Positions 51,296 through 61,200 of a stretch of DNA of 64,000 bases are shown here, one piece after another. Made by a program: the position numbers and the translations under genes. Position 1 is the stretch's first letter. Every line of letters begins with the position of its first letter. Below the pieces are notes generated by a model. It saw only the letters and a program-made list of their open reading frames with translations. It made no database searches and had not been told where the DNA came from. Origin of the DNA: an uncultured virus (IMG/VR IMGVR_UViG_3300037245_001637) (Duplodnaviria > Heunggongvirae > Uroviricota > Caudoviricetes); IMG/VR virus record IMGVR_UViG_3300037245_001637; one strand, written 5' to 3'.

Positions 51296-52324
51296 CTATT
51301 TCCGAACTAATTTTTCTTTTAAGAAGTAACGTATGATCCTAAGGTGATCTGCGTAAAACATTCCATCCATATTCTTTAATTCATCAATGGGAATCCATCT
51401 AACATCTAATGCATCGTCTTGGGCTGTTATTCTAGGTAATTCTTCAAATCCTTCTAATTCTAGTGCATAACATTCAGTCACGAAGCGTCCTCTTGTGTCT
51501 CTACCGACAAGATCAAAGTGATTATTATGAATAATGGATGCTTGTAAGACACTCATGGGAACATCAATACCTGCTTCTTCATTTAGTTCTCTTAAAGCAC
51601 AATTTCTAATGCTCTCGTTCTTTTCAAGAAAACCCCCAGGAAGAGCGAGTTGTCCTCGTCCAGGCATAGCTTTTCTAGTGATTATCAATATATGATCATT
51701 ACATCTAACAAAGGCATCTCCTGTTAGAAAAGTTGGAGAATAAGGAGCAAAAACCCATGGTTTAATGTATTTTTCTTGTACAACTCTCCACCAATCTTGT
51801 AGATAAATAAAGGATCCAAAGATATAGTTCCTATATGATTCTAACCAAAGTCTTATTTCCTTTGGTACTTGATTTTGCCACCAATTATCTTCTACAAAAA
51901 AGGAATTTCTAATACTCGTAGCCGATAAGCCATTCTCTAACTCTTCTACTTCTACTAGTTCCCATGTAGGGAACAGGTTTAAATAAAAGGAGGAATGATC
52001 CTTAAAGTGTCCTAAAAGTTTTACTGTATCTGTTTCCTTAGTTACTTCTTTAACAGACTTTACTAGTGTATCACACCATACATGATTGTTATAATTTGAA
52101 TCTGCTTGATGAACAAAGGTTATTTCTTTATTGGGGTATACTGCCTCGATCATAATCTGTCTTTCTGAAGCCGTGAAGGGGTTGTCAATGGATCGAGATT
52201 CAGTAGCTGACCCCAATACTATAATTACTTGTTCACCCTCTTCAAACGCTCTATCTACTAATGCTTTATGGCCATTATGGAATGGTTGCATCCTACCTAT
52301 TATAATTGCTTTATCTGCTTTCAT
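51296..52324 (-). CDS. nadM: Bifunctional NMN/NaMN adenylyltransferase - Nudix ADP-ribose pyrophosphatase (NadM-Nudix)
   Basis: GRMQPFHNGH, GSA..NPFT..ER, SATSIR; Nudix box GGFLEKNESIRNCALRELNEEAG; DTRGR; QDDA; ADH. Confidence 0.93.
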   Translation of the reverse strand: MKADKAIIIGRMQPFHNGHKALVDRAFEEGEQVIIVLGSATESRSIDNPFTASERQIMIEAVYPNKEITFVHQADSNYNNHVWCDTLVKSVKEVTKETDTVKLLGHFKDHSSFYLNLFPTWELVEVEELENGLSATSIRNSFFVEDNWWQNQVPKEIRLWLESYRNYIFGSFIYLQDWWRVVQEKYIKPWVFAPYSPTFLTGDAFVRCNDHILIITRKAMPGRGQLALPGGFLEKNESIRNCALRELNEEAGIDVPMSVLQASIIHNNHFDLVGRDTRGRFVTECYALELEGFEELPRITAQDDALDVRWIPIDELKNMDGMFYADHLRIIRYFLKEKLVRK

Positions 52325-52727
52325 AATTTTCCTGCTCCTATATAATTTAATAATTTATGTAATATATTGTAAGATGTTTCTAATCCTGCTCTATCATCTA
52401 ACAAAATATTATAATATATCTTACCAGAATTCTTAAATTGAGGCAAGTAGTTTATATTTATTCCTTCAATTTTAATTCCTATCTCTTTACAATACTCTTG
52501 TATCATCTGATGATCCTGATTTGCTGTAAAGATAACCAAAGGCAAATTATACTTATTACACCTTTTCAATAATTCTAACATCACAGGGTACTTTGTTCCT
52601 TCATTAAAGAAATCAAAGATAGTTCCATCAAAATCCACAGCAATTATTAAACTATTATGTTTTTGTAATCATTTAATAATCTATTGTATGCATTCTCTGA
52701 ATTTAGGTATGGATCTGATAATTTCAT
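52321..52727 (-). CDS. HAD-family phosphatase, apparently frameshifted at an A5 run (52660-52664)
   Basis: Strong RBS plus MKLSDPY..YK in one frame; HNSLIIAVDFDGT..FTAN..KIYYNILLDDRAG in the other. Confidence 0.7.
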
Positions 52728-52728
52728 T

Positions 52729-54059
52729 TTATTTCTCCTTTAATTGATCAAAAATATCTTTTCCATATAAAGCCTCTAGTACTTTATCTGCCATTTCTGT
52801 TTTCCAATCAGCTTCATCGTCTTCATGATATCTATCACTAACTCTAAAATCAATATATAATTTAGCAAAATCCATAACCTCTTTTATATCTACTTGTACC
52901 CAAGGTAACATCTCAGGTGTTATGGTTGGTTCTTTAAAATTCTTTTTAGGAACGAATATAATTAAAAGTTCTTCCTTGTCTTTATCTCCATTGTGCTTTA
53001 ATGAATTAACAGAAAATTCCCCTATTTTAAGTGTATTAAGATATTCTTCTCTTGTTGTTTTTATACCTTTGTTGTTCTTTCCTGATCCCCCTACAAGATT
53101 AAACTCTTTAAATTGTTCTTTTGTTAGAAATGGTATTTTATCTCTGTCTGAAGGTCTTACCCTGTCTGTACTTATATTATATTTCTTTTTCATTTAGTAT
53201 TCTCCTCCATAATCATTCTAAGAGTTTCCTCTAAATTTTCTTGACAAGCTTCACACTCAGGTCTGTGGACTAATAAATTACTACTATAACCTAGGTGATG
53301 AGCATAGAATTCATGTCCCTCTATAATTTCTATTTCAAATAAATATCCTCCACTAGATTCCACTTGCTCCACCTCTTCTTTTTCTTGGTATTCTTCATTG
53401 TTATTAGCAAACCCACTTATTAGAATAGTGCATATTATAATAAATGTTATTGTAAACTTTTTCATCTCATTCCTCCAACTTGTCTCTTTATTGTTATTGT
53501 TTCTCCTAATGTTCCTTTAGCTGATCTTTCTGAATATCTTTCCCCTGTTTCTACAACTTCGTAAATAACGTGAGGAAATATTGCATTCATAGATGAGAGT
53601 TCCTTCTCTCTTGCATAATCCTCTACTGTGTGAATCTTTACAATCTTAACCTCTATCATCTCATATCTAGGTGTTAAAAGCATTATAGTACATAATGTGA
53701 AAGTGCCTACTATTAAAAGTATAACTATAGTTGTTAACTTATTATCCATCTTATTTCTCCTCTTTATATACACCAAATATATTAAACATCTTAGGTATTG
53801 GTGGTTGAACTGTTCTATTAAATTCTACAATAGTTGCATGTTTAGGTACTTTAACTGTTTGTTTATTAACCCATAATGAAATAGTTGATGGATAATAAGT
53901 AACTCCTTCTGATTCGTAATGTCTCTCTACTCCGTTTATATTAACATAGACATCATAAACACTTACTTCTGTTGCAGAAGACCATAGTAGTGCAATAACT
54001 ATATAAAAGAATAATACAAATCCGCCTACCCATATAATAATTTCTTTTCCTTCACTCAT
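52729..54059 (-). other. Hypothetical CDSs (52729-53193; three small membrane-anchored or secreted proteins 53190-53465, 53462-~53749, 53751-54059)
   Basis: N-terminal hydrophobic helices; RBSs. Confidence 0.65.
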
Positions 54060-54111
54060 AGTTGTTTTCTCCTCTTCAATAAGGACATACTACACTTTAT
54101 AGTTATCTATG

Positions 54112-54915
54112 TCAACCCACAAATAGTCCTAAAAGCCAATCTCTTCCTAATCCTGTCCAGACAGAGTAATATACTGGTTCTGTTCCTGTGCTTCTCTCGA
54201 CTTCTTTTTGTTTAATATTCATAAAACCTTTGGATGCATACTCAGCATATAATAACCAAACTCCTCTAGTATCTTTGTATATGATACCTCTTTCATGTAA
54301 CTCTTTATTCAACTTAGTAGCTGATGAAAATCCTATTTCTTTAGCTAATTGAGTGGTAGTATAGGAAGTTGTATTATGAACTAATCTTGTGATTCTATTT
54401 TCTTGTATATTAGCTGTTAGTTTTAATTGTTCTTTTTCTTCTTGTTCAACTATCCAAGCTTTTGCTCTTTCGATAGGGTCTTCTATCATATAGGAACTTC
54501 TTGTTATTGCTACTCCTTCTAGTCTAAGACTCTTTAATAGTTTCTTAACTTCTTTCTTGAATGCTTTAGCTATTGGTTTTCTAGATGTCATTAGGACCTC
54601 ATATAATCCATCTTCTGTTAAGAACCACATATCCCTGTTTTGACCTTTTGAGCTGAGGGAAACAATCTTGCCCTCAGGTTCAGTACTACTTGTAAAGGTA
54701 GTTTGTACTGTTTTTTCATCTTCATCTACACTGTTTAACATCATGTTCACATTTCTTCTTCCTGTGCTCTTATCTTTAAATGCGTATTCTATCCAATCAG
54801 CTACATCCTTAGCTAAAAATAAAGGCTCTTGAAAAGTCCCATACATTTGAAAATCCCTTCCTAATACTTCTTGTTGTTTTATTACAGTTAACTCTGTCTT
54901 CTCTTTTAATTCCAT
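54112..54915 (-). CDS. Phage antirepressor-like protein (Bro-N plus KilAC-type domain)
   Basis: YGTFQEPLFLAKDVA, WFLTEDGLYEVLM.SRKPIAKAFK; TTTQLAKE.G.SATKLN..L..RGI..WLLY..WT..GR. Confidence 0.88.
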   Translation of the reverse strand: MELKEKTELTVIKQQEVLGRDFQMYGTFQEPLFLAKDVADWIEYAFKDKSTGRRNVNMMLNSVDEDEKTVQTTFTSSTEPEGKIVSLSSKGQNRDMWFLTEDGLYEVLMTSRKPIAKAFKKEVKKLLKSLRLEGVAITRSSYMIEDPIERAKAWIVEQEEKEQLKLTANIQENRITRLVHNTTSYTTTQLAKEIGFSSATKLNKELHERGIIYKDTRGVWLLYAEYASKGFMNIKQKEVERSTGTEPVYYSVWTGLGRDWLLGLFVG

Positions 54916-54942
54916 TATTTATATTCTCCTATTTCTGTTATT

Positions 54943-54971
54943 AGTTTACACTACTTTTGGATTGTTGTCAA
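54943..54971 (-). promoter_or_regulatory. Sigma70-type promoter TTGACA-N17-TAAACT right after the endonuclease stop
   Basis: Boxes read directly from the sequence. Confidence 0.6.
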
Positions 54972-54973
54972 TA

Positions 54974-55687
54974 CTAAAGAGTTAGTAAATCTTCAATTCC
55001 ATATTGAGCAATTAAATCATGATCTACAGTAGCAGATTTAGTAAGATTGTCCTTTGCAGGCCAGACTCTGAGATTTCGTGGATTCCACCATTTATATAAC
55101 CATGGTTCCGTTTCTGGGGTTATATTATTGTCTGCGTCCAGTTTTAATTTCTTCAAATAATAATCAGAAGGGATTATGTGATCTATATGAAATAGTATTA
55201 CATCTTTGGTGTTCCTTATATAATCTGTAGCTGTGTATATTCCTGAATTAAAATGATCCAAGAGTTCTTTTTTAGTACAGTCTGTATAGTGCATAGTTCC
55301 ATGAGGCTTAACTGTATTCATCCTTTTTAGTAATACACTAAAAGCAGAACTCATGTTTGCCTTTATCTTATAGAGGGGACTGTCTTTATGCAAATCTTTA
55401 CTATTTTTTAGTGGCGCTGAGGTTTTCTTTTTTATTACATTCCTTTGGGAGCCTTTTATTTTTTTCTTAAATCCCTCTTTTTTATATTCTTTACCGTATT
55501 CTTTTTGATAATCTTTATACTCTGGTAATGCTCTATAATCTTTCATATACTCTTTCCTGCAACTTTTGCATTGGTTATCAAACCCATTACGTTTTGTTTT
55601 GTCTTTATAGAAAAATTCTTTTGTTTGCTCTTTTGTCTCTTCACATTTTGGACATTCATACAGGGCTACTTTTTCTTCTTTGTTCAT
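54974..55687 (-). CDS. HNH homing-type endonuclease with N-terminal zinc finger
   Basis: CPKC..EFF..NGF..CKSC; HIDHIIP..WWNPRNLRVW..DNLTKS; paralog of 18738-19736 (both end EDLLTL). Confidence 0.8.
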   Translation of the reverse strand: MNKEEKVALYECPKCEETKEQTKEFFYKDKTKRNGFDNQCKSCRKEYMKDYRALPEYKDYQKEYGKEYKKEGFKKKIKGSQRNVIKKKTSAPLKNSKDLHKDSPLYKIKANMSSAFSVLLKRMNTVKPHGTMHYTDCTKKELLDHFNSGIYTATDYIRNTKDVILFHIDHIIPSDYYLKKLKLDADNNITPETEPWLYKWWNPRNLRVWPAKDNLTKSATVDHDLIAQYGIEDLLTL

Positions 55688-55711
55688 TTTGGGATTCCTT
55701 TATAAGTAAAT

Positions 55712-55876
55712 AAAAAAGATTTCTGTTAAGTACGGTTCCCCCAGTTTTAAGATAAATCACACAAATCTTACAACACCCGTACTTAACAGAAATCTCTTAC
55801 TTACTTTCCTGTTACTTTCGATTAAAATGTGATTTCTAATTTATTAGAAGTTGGGGAACTTCTTTTTTTATGTCTA
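55712..55876 (-). ncRNA. Endonuclease-leader structured RNA, copy D (putative)
   Basis: Perfect 19-bp inverted repeat 55717-35/55777-95; inner taagat/atctta hairpin; gttcccc(55735-41)/ggggaac(55853-59); aaatcaca(55754-61)/tgtgattt(55828-35). Confidence 0.8.
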
Positions 55877-55881
55877 TCTCT

Positions 55882-55902
55882 ATTATAGCATAGTGGGAAT
55901 TT
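55882..55902 (-). promoter_or_regulatory. Leader-class extended -10 promoter AATTCCCACTATGCTATAAT
   Basis: TGnTATAAT plus conserved ATTCCCA block. Confidence 0.7.
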
Positions 55903-56024
55903 ATTTAGCCTTTCGTTGTAGTTTATAAATAAAAACCCTCAAAACCGAAGCCTGAGGGAAAAATACATGAATATATTTTATTAAATGAAAAAGAGGACTA
56001 AAATGAAAAGATTATCATTTGTTT

Positions 56025-56096
56025 TAGCAGGAGACGGATTTGAACCGCCGACCGTTGGGATATGAGCCCACTAAGCTACCACTGCTCCATCCTGCT
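56025..56096 (-). tRNA. tRNA-Met(CAT), initiator-like; CCA not encoded
   Basis: Acceptor AGCAGGA/TCCTGCT-A; D arm GAGC..GCTT; anticodon arm with GGG/CCC around CTCATAT; T arm GGCGG TTCAAAT CCGTC. Confidence 0.93.
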
Positions 56097-56328
56097 ACGT
56101 TTTAAATAATCCTCCCAATTTCTCAGGAGGATTTCATTGAGCCTTATTTTGATTAAGGTGTTCATCCGCTCTGGGAACACAATTTTAGCTACAAACTTAA
56201 AGGTATTGTCTCACCTGATTTTAGCTCTCCTCCTCAAAGGGGAGCTCATATAGATCCACTAATGAATCCAGCTAACTACTTAAAGTTAGTCTTAAAAATT
56301 AAAGAACCTACTGTAGATTCTCTTCTAC

Positions 56329-56514
56329 CTAAGAAAAGTGGCGAGGCATAATAGTTTTAACTTTACCCCGTTTAGCTTCTTCCATTGCTCCTGCTAATAC
56401 TTCATACAGTTGGTTTGATAAGGCTGTTGCTGTATCACCTGCGCAGTTAAAACCTTCGGCCTTAAGGAATTTTTTCATCTTACTAACCACAATTAAACAT
56501 TCTTTTTCATCCAT
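56329..56514 (-). CDS. Bacterial histone-fold protein (Bd0055-like)
   Basis: LIVVSKMKKFLK..GFNCAGDT..ALS..L..AMEEAKRGKVKTIMPRH aligns by eye with Bd0055 as recalled (LVVTSKVKKLIK..MNTSAET..VLS..AKADGRKTVMARD). Confidence 0.8.
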   Translation of the reverse strand: MDEKECLIVVSKMKKFLKAEGFNCAGDTATALSNQLYEVLAGAMEEAKRGKVKTIMPRHFS

Positions 56515-56574
56515 TTTCTAAATCTCCTATCGATTTCTTTTTAATTTTATTTTAAATCTACTTAGAGTAGATAT

Positions 56575-57125
56575 TTATGCTCTTTCTTCTGGTATAAAAT
56601 GAATACTCAAATTAACCAACTGTCCATCTTCTTGTCTTTCCCACGATAATGCCTCGACTGAGCAAAGATTGATGCCCATAGTGTTAGGTATTACTTCCAA
56701 GGGTAAAGGGCTAGAATTATCCTCTATTAGTTCGTCTACTGTTTTGTAAATTTTTGTCATTTATTATCCTATTTAAATTTTAAATGTATTTGATATAAAG
56801 GTTTCGCTTTTATATAGGAAGTGGAATCTATAAAATCCTTTAAACAACTTGCTGTTTTCAGCCAAGTAAGCTCAGTGTTTGCTTTCTCTTCGACATTACC
56901 TGAGTAATACCAGAAAGTCTCCTCTCCTTCAGCTATAGCTTTCTCTATTAAAGTAAATAAATCATATCCTGTTTCAGATTTCCCATTATCCTCACTAAAA
57001 CCCTTCCCTAGTTTTGTTATTATGTCTTGTTTAAACTCATTAAATGCTATAGATCTTTGTCTTACTTTGTGTAAGTTTTCTACTTTCTCTCTTGATATGT
57101 CTTCTTTTATAATTTTTCTTGTCAT
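56575..57125 (-). other. Two hypothetical CDSs (56575-56760, 56769-57125)
   Basis: RBS-led ORFs. Confidence 0.65.
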
Positions 57126-57142
57126 TACTGCTCCTTTTTAAA

Positions 57143-57296
57143 TAAATAGTCTTTCCTATTAGTCATCGGTTTGACTTTCTTACGAAAAATCCACCCTCTT
57201 CACAGAGGTCATACCTACAATGGTATCTTTGGCGCACCCGACACGAAACGCTCGCAATCAATACTCTATATAAAAATATTCACTGAGGACTATTTC
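57143..57296 (-). ncRNA. Putative multibranch structured RNA
   Basis: Closing stem aaatagtc/gactattt; internal hairpins atacc/ggtat, cctct-GTGA-agagg and agtca/tgact; GC-enriched intergenic island. Confidence 0.45.
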
Positions 57297-57302
57297 TTAA
57301 AT

Positions 57303-57343
57303 AAAAACCCTCACCAAGAAAACTAATAACTCAGTGAGGGGTT
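57303..57343 (-). terminator. Terminator-like hairpin
   Basis: Minus strand aacccctcactgag..cttggtgagggttttt. Confidence 0.55.
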
Positions 57344-58247
57344 GAAGATACTCTCATACCTTCATGAGGAAAAAACCAAAACTTTTTAATGCTACTTTTT
57401 TAAATATATACTATAAAGAAAAAAACTAATTCTTATTAAACATCTCACAGACATACTTGAATAATACTTCTGCTGACTTATCTAAATCTCCTTCAAAACA
57501 AAGTAATCCATCTTTCTTGAATAGTTTACCTATTGCTTCATTATCTTGTATATTAAAGACAATTTCAGAAGGTTGTATGTTTTGAAGAGAGGCTGTATAA
57601 GCTAATTGGGTTTTATCCTGAAACTCTTCAAAATTTTTGTACTTTACTGTATCTGTTGTACTATTATTTATTGTTACTTCTTTTTCTGGTTGCTGTATAT
57701 GTGTACAACCTGAAGAGCATACCTTTAAACCTATGTTGTGTTCTTTCATGTGTTTCTGAACTTCTTGTTCATGCTTTTCGTTTATCATTCAAACTCTCCT
57801 GTAAGATACTGCTCATTATCGGCTTTAATCTTCTCTATATCTTCAAAAGCTGTTTCGATAGCTTCTAAAGCCTCTGCATCTGTTTCAAATATAACATCTT
57901 CATCCTCGACATCTTTACCTAATTGTTTTTTGAGGTAGTCTGATGTGTTGATAGCTACTTTTAATAGTTTATGGTAACTATTTGTTAATACAACAAAGTC
58001 TTCTATTTCTTCCCCAAGAAAATTATCTATAACTGTTTGTTGCTTGAGGTAATGACTTCTAGCGTTAATTTTATCCATGGTATACGTCATATCGGAGAGA
58101 ATTTTCCAATCTTTATCCTGGATAAGCCTCCCTGAGCAATACATTCTTCTTATCCAGTGTAAATACTCATGGTATCTTGTTTTATTTATATTTTCATCAT
58201 ACATACTTTTATATTACCTTTTTAAATCTTTTTATTTAACTTTCTAT

Positions 58248-58276
58248 AGTATAGCACACTTTTCTTTATAAGTCAA
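58248..58276 (-). promoter_or_regulatory. Sigma70-type promoter TTGACT-N17-TATACT
   Basis: Boxes read directly from the sequence. Confidence 0.65.
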
Positions 58277-61200
58277 CCCCTTTTCCTGATTATTTTCAAT
58301 TATTTTCAATTTTAATGAAATTTAAGAACTATTCTATCCTGAAACAGACATGAATCTGCTCTAATATACTCAGAATAAGGGCTTTCTCTCATCCACCAGT
58401 GTAATTCTTTCATCATTTCTTCCGTAGTATCTAAATAAGGGAAGTAGTTGAATCCAGTAAACCTATTTGTTAAAGCCTCTTCCACCTCTTCAAAGATAGT
58501 CATCCCTCTACAAACATTCTCTCGTACATATTCTCGAAACTCAGAAATAGCCTTCTCTCTTTCTCTTGATTGTTCAATTGTTTCTTGTTTTTCTTTTATG
58601 ATATCTTTAAAGTTCATTTAATCCTCCTTCTTTCTATAATAAAGTACATTAGGGTAGTAATCATAACAGTTTTCACACTCTGCAATACCCTTTCTCACAC
58701 AACGTACTTCATCTGGATTGTGTTTATTATACCTGATTAGTAAATGACATTCTAATTTAGTTTGTAAATCCCTAATAGTTTTACTCTGCTCATGTATAAA
58801 ATCACAACCCTTGTTGATCGGATCGTAATTTAAATCCTTAGGTACAATTGAATCCAGTGCCGTTATTACTTTAGCTAATGGAGTTTCTAAATAGTCTTTT
58901 GTCATCTTATCTAATCTCCTTACTATACTGTGTTGTCTCTCTTGGGGCATTTACTAAAACTTCTTTTTGATACTTAGTTAAGGGTTCCCCAAACATATTT
59001 AACTTAAACAGCAAAGTTTGTTCTTTTTGTGTTAACGTTTCCCATGTTACTTCTGCCCAAGGAATATCTTCCCATTTACGTGTTTTTTTCTTGTCTTCTT
59101 TAATCATCTTATCTCCTTTAATTATACTTAAGCATCTCTATCTTTATTTCTTGTTTCTCTTCTCTAAGTCTTTTAGTATTCTTTTTCAATTCTATACATA
59201 ACTTCCTATTGTGTTCTTTATGTGTATTCATAGCATAAGATATACTCCCTGCTGTCCAAGATATTCTTGCACCTTCTTTATGCTTATCTGCTAGATGCAT
59301 TTCTTTAAACCATTCTTCAAAATTCATTTATGTACCTCTCTTATATTTCTTATATCTTGAACACTGTGTATAGCTTCTGTAAAACATATTACAGGTCTTC
59401 AACCCTCGCTTATTATCTAAACATTGCCTCTTACATGGATTGTTTAAAGGAGTATGATAGCAATCTGTACATTGCTCCATCTACTGTATCTTCTCTAGTT
59501 CATAAAAAGTATCTATAAAAAATATTACCCTTTGCTTTGTACTTATACACCTTCCCTTCATCTAAGAGTATCCCTTCTTTTAGAGTTATAGCATAATACT
59601 TTCCTAATCCTCTTTCTTGTTCATCACTAAATTCCTGAACAGGTGTGTTTTTTATTAATATTTCTTTTAACTGTGTTATATAGCTTATTCCTTCTGTCTC
59701 TCCTGTGATTACTCTATATACATAACCATTATCCACTATAATAAATACATAGGGCTTTACACTGTATATTTCTGAATCAGGGTATGCTTCTTTTACAGTA
59801 TCTATTCTTGCCAACCTATTTGTATAATCTTCTTTGTAATCCTCAGAACATCCTAATACTAGAAGTACTATTATGATTGTTGCAATATTTTTCATTTTAT
59901 TTCTCCTTCTTAACCATATCAAAATACGCTTCTTTAGTCTCAGCACATCTCCTCCGAACTTCTGTCTGGAAATACATATCAGCTAAAAACGAATCTTCAT
60001 ATCGATCACAAACACAAACACACTGACCACAATCCATAATGTGTATAACAATTAAATGCTCAGGTTTGCTATCATTACAATCTCCTACCCATAGTTTAGG
60101 AAATTGATGTTGTTTCTTTATTAAGGTCTTTTTGTATTTGTTCCTTAAATAAGTTGCTTGATCAAATTGGTCTTTTATCTGGTAGTTCTTTTTATTTCGT
60201 TTCATTTATTTCTCCTTAATTAAAATCTGGTTCATAACTCTTAACAACAGCCTTTTCTTTCTTAGTATATTCTACTGTTCCACAGAGATTACATTTTCTT
60301 GCATATCTTACAACGTTTTTATCATAATAATTGTATATAGGGTGTGGATCAGAACCATGCCCTTCTAAATGAGAGTAAACTGCTTCTTGCTCTGTTGTAT
60401 CGTCTCTATATGTTTTGCTTCAAGTATGTTTACACATTCCTATTTTACTTCTTTCATAATCCATTTCTCTTTGTAGTTCTTGCATTCTCTTTTTCATTTA
60501 TTTCTCCTTATATGTCTTTTATATCCATCTACTATTTCTTTTTCCATATAATTTTTAAGATAAGTTGTAAATGATTCTCTCTCATCATTAGGGACACAGA
60601 ATTGTATATCTAAATCTCCTATAATACAATCATCAAACTCATCGTAAACAATGTCATTTATTATGTCTGCTGTTATCATCTTAGTACTCCTTCAAGCCCC
60701 ATACGACGCTCTTTTTCACTTGGATGAACCCATACACCTTTTCCTATGTAAGTCTCTCTTAAACTGTCTGGGAGTAGTAGAATTGGATTCTATTAATACT
60801 CCTCTAACTCTTCATCTCTATCTTTAAAATATCCTCTCTCAGGAGTATAACTATATCCACCATATTCCCATAGATTCTCTGAGATCAACTCTCCTCCACC
60901 AATTAAATTATAATGTTCATCTGAAAGTTGCCCTGCACCATAAGCTAAATCTGTAGCATATAGTCTATTAACAAATCTTCCTTCAGAAGTTACAAATCCC
61001 TGATCATCCCTACCAGTAGCACAGGATCCTTTCTCAGAAGTTTCTCTTACATCCACATGACTCTTACCTATACCAATAGATCCATCTGTTCTTCTTATTC
61101 CTGCATGTGCTATTCTTTCCATAATCTATTTCCAGTCCGTATTGTAATGCTTTATACTATCACAATTACCTGTACTTACCCATGCAATAACTTTTTTGTC

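Noticed and set aside
18738..55687. Endonucleases as group I intron or intein passengers
   Set aside because: The flanking genes look intact, and I saw no intron core or intein splice motifs
19765..55902. Leader repeats interpreted as CRISPR, IS ends or MITEs
   Set aside because: Dispersed single copies, stems of different sequence, no repeat-spacer periodicity, no transposase and no target-site duplication seen
57243..57290. Hammerhead-like words GAAAC and CTGAGGA on the plus strand
   Set aside because: Stem III and the NUH cleavage triplet cannot be formed properly
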